From positions 109,182,001 through 109,246,000 of the forward strand of contig OZ286461.1 of NCBI GenBank assembly GCA_965644265.1: 64,000 nt of DNA, read 5' to 3'. Within the stretch, counting starts at the first letter, position 1, and each line of letters opens with the position of its first letter. Shown piece by piece: positions 50,601 to 60,000 of the stretch. A program made the position numbers and the translations under genes. The DNA comes from Glycera tridactyla. Taxonomy: Eukaryota. The notes under the pieces are model-generated. The model saw only the letters and a list, made by a program, of their open reading frames with translations. It did no database searches and was not told where the DNA came from.

Positions 50601-53600
50601 ACGGAATCTGCCCCATTACATAGACACGCATTTTGCTCCGCATGCGTGCCAAAAAGTCACAACTGCCATCCTTGCGGCTGCCACTATGGCAACTGCTGAG
50701 CAGCATAGCTAACATTTGCATGGTTAACGATTCAGAAAACCATGAGCCGAAAGATACAGAGTTTGCCATTTGAACAGACAGAAATAAGTTTCAATAAGCT
50801 CCTTACCTGTGACCTTCTCGAGATGCTTTTTTAAATTAGCAACTGTTTCATCGAGTGGGAATGAGATATCATGTTTCTGCTTGTTGTATACGACTTTAAA
50901 GTTGACCATCTCTGCTGGAGGACTCTCTCCGCCACCAGGAGGTGCTTCTGCTGCAAGACACAGAAATGCAAGGCACAATGAGCAATCAATGCATCAAGGC
51001 AAGTGAGACAATAATCATGTTAAGAAAATCAGCATCCTGGTTTGGTGGAGCAAAGATGAGTAGCTTGTGACCAACTTAGTAACATGACTGGAGGTTTCGA
51101 AACAGATTTCAAATGGAAATGTCCTCTTCAAAAATCACCCTTCTCTGATTATTCAGGCATGAGTGGTCGGAATGCAAACCCTTGATAGCCAAAAGTGGGA
51201 TTGATGCCAGTATTTGCGATGATTTGATGAAGAGAAACACAAATTCCTTGGAATAATCAGGGTTTTCCTTGATTGTCTGAGAGGCTTAGGTGGTACTGGG
51301 TCATTTCGGTGATTTCCAAGGTTTGGTTCAGAAATCCTAGATTCAAAGCACCATAAATATGCTGATTGTAGTGGAGAATGACCCATAATGACTAAAAAAA
51401 ATGGGAAAACATATCATATTTAGGTGAATGAGGCTTAGGTGGTAAAATCCTAGAGAAATAGGCTGGTGGTGAAGAAAAAGGCTTAGGTGGGCCGCCTAAG
51501 GGTTTATATAGCAGGGAAAACCCTGATAATGCTATATTAAAAATGGCAAAACTTTGCTTCAACTTGGAAAGCTACCTTATCTTCATGCTTGCCCTAGAAA
51601 TCCCAGAACTTATCCCTGGACGGGATGGCTGTCACAAGTCCTGCATAAGATATAGGGAAGGTAACTGGTCGATTCATACAAGTATACCTGATTTCGCAAC
51701 ATTGTTCCCAGTATTCACTTCAGATGAGATAGAGTCCGCTTGCTTCTCAATTGTTTCCGGACCAACAGCCTCAGTTGACTCAAGCACGGGAGATGGCTCA
51801 TTTATGCGCTCTGCGCAGTTATTAGTTGTGGCTGAAAAATAAAATGGAAAATCCAATAATCACCAGGTAAGAATCCCATCTGATCTAAACAGATAACCAG
51901 CACTGACCCAGCAGTGAGATACACAGACTTACATCCTCTTGGACTGGACATGGTACATGACCTGCTGATGTTACTCATATATAGGATGATTTACCAGACT
52001 TTAGATATGGTTTTGCTGTTACTCATGTCGCAGAGTAAATACTGAGCTAAACTAGAACTGTAATCCAGAGGATGACTAATGCCCCCCCCCCCCCCTCCCC
52101 CACTTACCTCAGCCAATGTGAACTTATGAGCACCACAAATTAACATTCAAGATGACAGCCTCAGGTTTGGGTACTGTAGCCACAGTGTACCGATGATAGC
52201 ANNNNNNNNNNNNNNNNNNNNNNNNNNNNNNNNNNNNNNNNNNNNNNNNNNNNNNNNNNNNNNNNNNNNNNNNNNNNNNNNNNNNNNNNNNNNNNNNNNN
52301 NNNNNNNNNNNNNNNNNNNNNNNNNNNNNNNNNNNNNNNNNNNNNNNNNNNNNNNNNNNNNNNNNNNNNNNNNNNNNNNNNNNNNNNNNNNACACACATA
52401 CACAGACCAATGTTTGATTCAGCCCTTTCAGAGCTGGTTATTGAAGTAGGAGTGAGCTATTGCTCCATGATGAAATCAACCAGGGGGGTTACATAATACA
52501 GGGGAGAACAACAGAACCCCTCGTCAGTTACCGAGAGTCTCACATAATAGGTCAAAGCTAGAAGTGTGTGTTCATTACAGTCTAATACAATAGACAGTGG
52601 GAGAGAGAAACACAATAGAGTGGGAGAGAGCAACTGAGCCAGGTAGAGTTTGGCTGTCTCAGAATATGTCAAAGACTGCATGTAAAAACCTTCAAATGAC
52701 AGAAAATCAAAAGTCACAGGGTCAAACAAATATGCCTATGCACACCTACCCCTCATGGGTAGTCCACATACCAAAAATGGGCAGTGTAGCATCAACACAG
52801 TAGACACAGCGCATTCCGCAAAAAAATTGNNNNNNNNNNNNNNNNNNNNNNNNNNNNNNNNNNNNNNNNNNNNNNNNNNNNNNNNNNNNNNNNNNNNNNN
52901 NNNNNNNNNNNNNNNNNNNNNNNNNNNNNNNNNNNNNNNNNNNNNNNNNNNNNNNNNNNNNNNNNNNNNNNNNNNNNNNNNNNNNNNNNNNNNNNNNNNN
53001 NNNNNNNNNNNNNNNNNNNNNNNNNNNNNNNNNNNNNNNNNNNNNNNNNNNNNNNNNNNNNNNNNNNNNNNNNNNNNNNNNNNNNNNNNNNNNNNNNNNN
53101 NNNNNNNNNNNNNNNNNNNNNNNNNNNNNNNNNNNNNNNNNNNNNNNNNNNNNNNNNNNNNNNNNNNNNNNNNNNNNNNNNNNNNNNNNNNNNAGTACGC
53201 CCCACCTTCGGTTGGGGGCATAATTTTAACCAACTACATTTTCAAAATCCAGATTTTGCCAGGCTGGTATTTTTTTTCAAATTCCATACTTGTACCACAT
53301 ATTGCTCTAATACTACTCTTCACAGCAAACTTTCACTAATCTGAAGTCACAACTTGACAGACCTTTTTTAGATAATGATGATGTCCTTTGATTTTTCTAT
53401 CTCACCACATCATTGAAGTGATTATCACTTGGCACTGACTATCTTCGACCTTCTCCATGAGAGGTGTCAGCAAGGAGACTGACTTGAAAGTGAAAGAAAA
53501 CACGAGCAGCATTTCCCCTGAGCTCTGTTGATGAGTTTGACAGCTTCACCTGCAGCTGTGTGTGTGTGGGGGGGGGGGGGAAGATGATGAAGACAATGGG

Positions 53601-55862
53601 CACATTCGACTGGTACTTCACAAAAAAAAGTTACTTCACGATCGGGAAGAAGTTACTGCTCAGAGAAAATCGGCCGTGGAGTAACCCCTACAGTCAAATG
53701 CAAAAGTTAGTTCATGATCTTTCGTGCTTCACGAAACCGCCCAGTCGAATGGGCCCATTGATGAACTGCAAACAAGTCAGCTTGTCCAGGGATACTTGGT
53801 TGCTCCAAACAGTTATGGTAACACTACTCTCCTCATCCATATAGAAAACTGGGCAGATAAGTGTTCCAGTACGTTCACTGCTACGTTCAAAATTCGGCCG
53901 TCAGGGTAGCATATTTTGGCCATGTACGCCCCTACAGACTTCATGAAAAACACCTCATGTCTCACCAGCCGTCATGGGCCACTTTATTGACCAATTACTA
54001 ATCAAATATAGCCCTAGGACGTTTCCATCAATTTTCAAATATTAAATACATCATAGTTGAAAAATAAACCCAGAATGTTCATTATCAATATACATAACTA
54101 AGATAAATCATGGACGTTTCAGAACCGAACACAGACCCAGGGCGGCTATCAGTCATTCAACTAGGTGTTTGTGAGTTACAGAAGTCTTGGGATTGAATAT
54201 AGACCCAGAACGTTCTCCGCCAATATACAAATATTAAATACATCATGGTTGACCGTCGGGGGTCACATTAGTGTGTCCAGACGCCCGAATTTCGGCCGTC
54301 CCACCAGCCGTCAGAGGCCACTTTATTGCCCAGATTTATAGCTCCCTCATCTCGCATAAGTAAGGTCCACTCTAGGTCACTGTTGGAATTTGAATTGAAT
54401 TAGAATTGAATTGTTATCACAGTTGACATCACCCTGTCACCAGTGGTCACGCTCCAATGCACGCGAACCTCTGTGTGCTGGTTGAATATTTTCTCTTCAT
54501 TATAGCGAACGTAGTGATGTCAAAACGGGCTGCTGATGAGTATTTCGCAGACTTGAAATATTTGACAGTAAGTAAGTAAGTAAGTAAGTAAGTGCGGCCA
54601 TACGGCTATGGAATATCCACCGGCGACGCGTCCCTGCGAACAGGGCGGTCGACTGGCCTCCTAACAAGGACCTACATCCCACCCTATCTGACAGGGCTGG
54701 TCCCCCCTCCCCCTAACAAATTTAGACCTACTTTAACCTGAAATCCTACCCCACCCAGGAGGTATGATACCCACTCACCCACCCACAGTGGTACCTCTCC
54801 TCGCAAAACCACTCCTCCAACACATACACATACGTAGATCTCAACACCACAGTCCCATCACTATGCCCTTAGCAGGTCCCCCCATCTTAGTTCCATGTGC
54901 CCCACACCCACCCCCCTAACGCCTGCTTCCTCCTTCAATAAATCACCATCACCTACAAGGGGGAACACACATTAAAACCATTATTCTCAAGTTAACAACA
55001 TAGATAGAACAACTCCTGAACAGAACACACTATTGTCAACTCTGCAAACAACAACACAAACTCACAGAACAAACATCTATCTGTCCCCCTGGTTCAAACA
55101 TCTCCTCCCTTCCTGAACAACCAGTGGCCATGGGGAGCTCACTCTCCACCAGGTCCACCGAAACATAACACAACACAACAATAAATCCCACCTTGTCCCC
55201 ACCAAAAATAACCCCCCTCCCCCCCGAGTACCCTAGAGCACTCAATAATCCATCAAAAGATTGCCACCTGTAATCCTTGTTATCCCCCCCCCCCCCCCCC
55301 CTTTCCCAACATCCAACCGCTCTGTACTTGAGGAATTCTGCCACGAATTCGAAGAAATCTGTCGTTGTTGTTGCACCCAAATGTCGTCTGCCCATTCCCG
55401 CCGACGCTCCCGCACACCTCTCCACCTTCTACCAACTTCTCCCATCAAAAAACAACCAAACCCTTCACTAGTCCACCAAATGGTTGTTGCCGCCGTAATC
55501 TCTGCTATTTCCTCTTCCTTCTTCAATAACTGTCCATCCACCACTTGTAGAATTCCGCCAACAACGTGAAGAAAAACACGTCAACCCGCGTCCTGACAAC
55601 ACATGTTACGCTCGTGAACCCAAGCAGCTCGACAGCTAACCATACGAGACCGCAGCAGTTTCGCAATTCATGTCAGCATTTTACAAACGCAGATTCTATT
55701 TTCATCAGAAGTACCACAGACATTGCGCCTGGATTAGGTCTAATCGAAGGAGATAGAACGCATTCACCTTCCACAATATGGACAAAGAAACTGACTTTCA
55801 AATTGAGATGCATTTGCGGCAAATTTGACGGGAAATTACTCACTTATTTCTTCAGACGCCAT
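41149..55862 (-). CDS. UBFD1: Ubiquitin domain-containing protein UBFD1; complement(join(41149..41259,45560..45642,47271..47445,48515..48729,50807..50950,51688..51831,55844..55862)), 296 aa
   Basis: Seven phase-consistent exons, 891 nt. UBL domain VNFKVVYNKQKHDISFPLD...GVPVAMQKIMFKG...KIMLVGST, then KEPLCRQK, GMYNKSGGKVRLTFKLE, ERTDKIPMGSIK, QLGPTEAS.VWIYWVP.QYVDAIKD.VLGKWQ. The 19-nt first exon (aaacATGGCGTCTGAAGAAATAA|gtgagt) is inferred from Kozak context, donor and phase fit and is less certain than the rest. Confidence 0.93.
44067..44360. repeat. Degenerate (ATT/ATC)n tract with ~110-bp internal duplication
   Basis: ACGATATTTATGAT.ACTATTATCACTACCATTATTACCATTAC occurs at ~44087 and ~44197. 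Confidence 0.9.
44675..44755. repeat. (GAC)n/(GAGGAC)n microsatellite
   Basis: Directly visible. Confidence 0.9.
46133..46309. mobile_element. pogo-type MITE; near-identical copy at <=43908-44066
   Basis: TA|CAGTAAAACCTGTCTTAAG ... GCAGGTTTCACTG|TA; high similarity to the gap-adjacent copy. Confidence 0.85.
48845..48997. mobile_element. CAGGG-ended (hAT-like) MITE with 5-bp TSD ATGAC; related copy at 47999-48193
   Basis: ATGAC|CAGGGGGAGAAGA ... TCTTCTTGCCCTG|ATGAC. The second copy is flanked by TTATG / CTATG. Confidence 0.7.
49098..50655. mobile_element. Second HINE-type element with 262-bp tandem array
   Basis: Starts AACAAGG. Perfect 10-bp subTIR pair GGCACGCATG (49120-49129) / CATGCGTGCC (50641-50650). 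Terminal hairpin CACGCAT...ATGCGTG then AAAAA. Array units with GTCAAGGTCATGACC at 49354, 49616, 49878 (period 262). Confidence 0.75.
51258..51525. mobile_element. CAGGG-ended (hAT-like) MITE with 5-bp TSD ATAAT
   Basis: ATAAT|CAGGGTTTTCCT ... GGGAAAACCCTG|ATAAT with internal GGCTTAGGTGG repeats. Confidence 0.7.
52690..53225. mobile_element. Probable third HINE fragment spanning a gap
   Basis: GGTCA-type unit (aaagtcacagggtcaaac...) before the gap and terminal hairpin GCCCCACC-TTCG-GTTGGGGGC-ATAA after it. Confidence 0.45.
54568..54592. repeat. (GTAA)n microsatellite
   Basis: Directly visible. Confidence 0.9.
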
Positions 55863-56014
55863 GTTTGTCGGTTTTCTTACCTCCCGAACTCGAAATCAAG
55901 TTTCGAATCTTATCGAAAGATGGCAGGGCAAAAACACGAGGCTGTGGGCCCAAAGTCAAACCCTGAGAATCTGCCGCTGAAGAATCTTCACTGCGGTAGA
56001 CCCGACTTTTTGAT

Positions 56015-57575
56015 TTGAAAAATCTTTATTTATACTCCGGCCAGGTATGTCATATAGACTATGTCTTACCCTTAGGAGTGCAAATACAAAAATACAACAT
56101 ATACAGTGTACACAGAATTCTGAATCTGATGAGTAATCAGCAAACCCCAATACTGGGTATGACGCTGATGGGGGGGATACACGCGCCCTACGGACGGCTG
56201 ACCCGTCTGAGTCGGTCTTTGAACTGATTGCCAGACCGGGGCGAGTCTGATGTTGGTGGGGCAACGACGTTCGCTGGGAGGGAATTCCAATCGCAGATTG
56301 TCCTAGGAAAAAAGGAATTCCTGAATTGTTCTGTTTTTGCCTGGATTTGGCGAAATTTGTACGGGTGGTTAGAACGGGTTTGGCTGTCTGATTTGATAAG
56401 GATATTGTCGACCGAGACCGCAACCATGCCATGTACTACCTTGAAGAATAAAGTTAGCCGTGCCTCTCTTCTCCTATCTACTAATGGGCTCCATTCCAGC
56501 TCCTCTTTCATAGGGGTAACTCTGCTCCTGTAATTATAATTCTTCTTACAGAAGCGCACAGCTCGCGACTGCACTTGCTCAAGCTTCCTGATATCGCATT
56601 GGAGGAAGGGATCCCATATAGGCGAAGGGTATTCTAGCTTGGACCTGACAAGTGAAAAGTAGGCAGTCTGCTTTAACTGGACAGGGCAGCTGCGTAGGTT
56701 TCGCCGAAGAAAACCTAATGTGGAGTTGGCTTTCTTTATTATAGATGTCACATGTGGTGACTAAGAGAGGTCATTAGAGATTGTCACGCCTAGATATTTA
56801 GCTGACTCAGCCTCCTGTAGGATCTGTCCGTTGATCGTGTATAATCGAGAGAGTTTCGATTTGGACCTGCAAACTGTCATGATATTACACTTGCTCACAT
56901 TAAATCTCATCCCCCATGTGTCACCCCACCATGCCAGTGCATTTAGATCATTTTGTAATGCATGCTGGTCTGCTTCCTCTTTTATTGGCCTGTAGATTAG
57001 GCAATCGTCAGCAAACAAGCGCACGTGGGATGACACATGAGTCGGGAGGTCATTAATGTGTAACAAGAACAGAAGAGGCCCAAGGACTGTGCCCTGTGGT
57101 ACTCCCGACTCTACTTTGACTGGTTTAGATGTTACGCCATTGAGTACCACTGATTGGCTCCGTTTCTCAAGAAAATTAGATATCCAAGATAAGACAGGTC
57201 CTTGGATTCCATAGCTCTTTAGTTTTATTAAGAGTCTCTTGTGCGGGACCGTATCAAAGGCCTTTGAAAAATCTAGCACTGCGATATCTATCTGCATGTT
57301 ACTATCCCTATAATTTGAGAGGTCATGGATTGTGCTCACTAGTTGCGTTTCACACGAATGTTGCCTACGAAAACCATGCTGAAATTGGGTCAAGATACTA
57401 TGGTCATCCAGATGGCTGTGGATATGCTTGCAGACAACATGCTCCAGCAGTTTGCAGACAAAACAGGTCAAGGAGACTGGCCTGTAGTTCTCTGCAAAGT
57501 GCTGGTTCCCTTTCTTAAAGATTGGTGCAATGTTAGCTTTTAGCCAGTCGTCTGGGAGCACACCTTCATTGAGAT
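56015..57575 (-). mobile_element. 5'-truncated non-LTR retrotransposon (LINE; CR1/L2/RTEX-like, clade not resolved): RT and C-terminal domain with one in-frame nonsense codon, plus 3' UTR
   Basis: RT motifs NYRPVSLT, QHGFR, DFSKAFD, GVPQGTVLGP, FADD, YLGV. ORFs 56761-57561 and 56188-56751 are in the same frame, separated by TAG at 56761-56763 where W is expected (NDLS*SPH). AATAAA on the minus strand at 56025-56030. Confidence 0.93.
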
Positions 57576-57589
57576 AGCAGTGAATCGGG

Positions 57590-58365
57590 TAAGTATAGCA
57601 AGATAATTATTCAAAGAGAAACATGTCAAAATAAAGAAGGAGTGCTGAAATAATAGCATAGATAGGCTCAGCAATTATGAGGATTAGGTGAGGAGTAGGA
57701 ATGATAGAAAGAGAAATGTTAGAGCAGTATGGGGAGGAAAGGTAGAGTAAGTATGAGGATGAGTTGAGGAGTAGGAATGATGGAAAGAGGGAGGAAAGCA
57801 GGACAAACTTCAGAATGAAGATACAGGATGACAATACCAGTTGACAATACATGATGAGAATTCAGTCTGTATGGGTAATAGGATGCCAATTTCACTTGAC
57901 AATATAAGATATAAGTTAGCCATTGAAATAATCTTTTAGTTTCCTTTTAAAGGAAGCTAGACTGATCGCTTCCCTTATATTAAGGGGGAGGGCATTCCAA
58001 TACTGGCCGCAACAGACAAAAAAGTTCGCATCAGATTTTTTCAAGTTAGTGCGTGGAATCGGCAGCTGTTTTGCAGAAGACGATCTAGTGATACGGGGTA
58101 AAGTGGGTATTGAGTAAAATTGCTTGAAAGCAGAGGAAAGACGGGTAGAGCAAATGTTATGACTAATTTTAAAGAATTCGCATAGACTATGATATTGCCT
58201 TCTGTCTTCAAGTGAGAGTTGTTTTGCTTCAATGAGAAGAGTACGGGTAGGAGTTCTATTATCTTTACAGAGTGCTGCACGAAGGGCATTATTAAAACTG
58301 ACATTTAAACGCGAAGTTAGAGTCTTGTTGAGGCCAATAAAGAGACTGCATTCTATCCAGAGTAT
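57590..58365 (-). mobile_element. Second LINE remnant (CR1/L2/Crack-type ORF2 C-terminus and 3' UTR)
   Basis: ATG-less open frame 58365->57916 (149 aa), absent from the ORF track: ...FNNALRAALCKD...LSLEDRRQYHSLCEFFKI...QYWNALPLNIREAISLASFKRKLKDYFNG*. WN.LP..I...SL..FK..LK is the usual ORF2 terminal motif. Confidence 0.75.
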
Positions 58366-59964
58366 CTAAGGAGCTCTTCGGAGAATCACTTTACATCACC
58401 TTCATTTTCAGATGATGCAGGTCAGAATCTCAGAGAACATCGATTATTTGCCACCGATTACAATAATAAAAAAATCCATAGAACAGTTTTTACTGCTTAT
58501 GAAATAGATGTAGGTTTTATTTCATATCGGCGACATTCTGGAAAACGTCCATCATGGGGAAATACTTTTGGAAAGAATAGTGTGCTGAGATGGCGCGACA
58601 ATACTGGCCAATTTCTATATTAACGTAATGATTTTTTTCGCAGTTGACTACCCATCACTTATCCTGAATTTGAATTTGAATTTGAATTTATTATATGGAT
58701 TGATAAGAGAAAATGAGTCTAGTCTGTTTGAGAAAGATTACCTGGATGGATGGATGACTGAGAGGGTGGGAGGATGAGCGGATGGCTGAATGGTTGAATG
58801 GATGTCAGATTTTTGTTGATGGGATGGGGTCTAAAACAAGTATCTAATCATAGGGAACGTGCAGCATCGTCAAATGAATCCATTACCAAGCTGCGATACA
58901 TGATGAATTTACAGCACCAACGGCTACCAAATTTACCCTCTTGCTACCATATTTTGAAAGTTAGAAGTGAATGGCCTACATTTTAAAGAGAATGGGATAT
59001 TTGGCAATGGCTACTCAACTTAGGGGGGCAGTTACCTCCTTTATATTTTGGCCGACGTAGAGCCCTGTACATGGTCAATCGTTTACGATAGCTTGTGGTA
59101 CATAAACTCATTCATGATTAACTCGTCTATGAGATGAAATGTGTGCATTGCTAAAATGCGTATAGAAAACTGACCATGGGTACATCAGGATATCCATAAA
59201 TGATTTATACCAGTACACAATACCTGCTCCTCGAAAAGAGAATGCACAAAATTTTGACAACATTGTCAACATGATGTTCGCACCTAATTTCAGACTGCTG
59301 TGGCAGTAATAGTTGTTTGTCGGATCTTTTGTTTATGCCCCTACAATGCAGACTTATTTCGCATCACCAGCCATCTATTGCTGCCAAAAATATCGTGAAA
59401 CAATGGGTCAGTATATTGAATCTTTTACTGGAGCTTAACGAAAGAAATGTGATTTATCTGGGCCGCATGTGTAAGTTAAGTAAGACTGGCAGATTGACGC
59501 AATAGCTTCACCGAAGAGTTCATTCAAATATAATTTACATACGTCTAGATGAATATCCAAACCCAGATTGAACCCTATTTTTCGGCTTGGCCAAGTACCT
59601 TTTGGGATTCTACTGTCGAAGAAATTATCCTCACTGGCAGAAGCAACGTATTCAGACATTATACTGCGACATCTTCATAATCACCCCCCCCCCCCCCCCC
59701 CCCTCCTGCTCCATCTCTTGCAAAGAAAAATGATCGGACCAATGTACCATCATTCTATAAAAAAAAAGCATCTCCGCACACTTCCCATCATCACATAAAG
59801 TATACACATTGAAGCATTATAGGTTTCAGAATGAGCACTTAATGGATATGCTATATGTAAAACCTATACACCCATTTTATGATCACTTCATGAAACTTGA
59901 CCTGTAGGTGATCACACAACCTTGATCGTTGCAATATTTCAAGTGTGACTATGTACCATGCGCC

Positions 59965-59966
<2 letters not shown>

Positions 59967-59996
<30 letters not shown>

Positions 59997-60000
59997 TGAC
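59967..60000. repeat. (GAC)n microsatellite at gap edge
   Basis: Directly visible. Confidence 0.9.

Noticed and set aside
54533-54572. Hammerhead-like CTGATGA...GAAA...GTA
   Set aside because: Stem II is not closed next to GAAA (extra TT) and stem III does not pair. Other CTGATGA sites checked on both strands also lacked a valid core.
54594-54603. GCGGCCATAC resembling the 5S rRNA 5' end
   Set aside because: Only ~9 nt match, with no A/C boxes or remainder of 5S.
3886-59702. Numerous poly-G/poly-C runs of 11-27 nt
   Set aside because: Scattered homopolymers with uncertain lengths in a gapped assembly; no consistent context.
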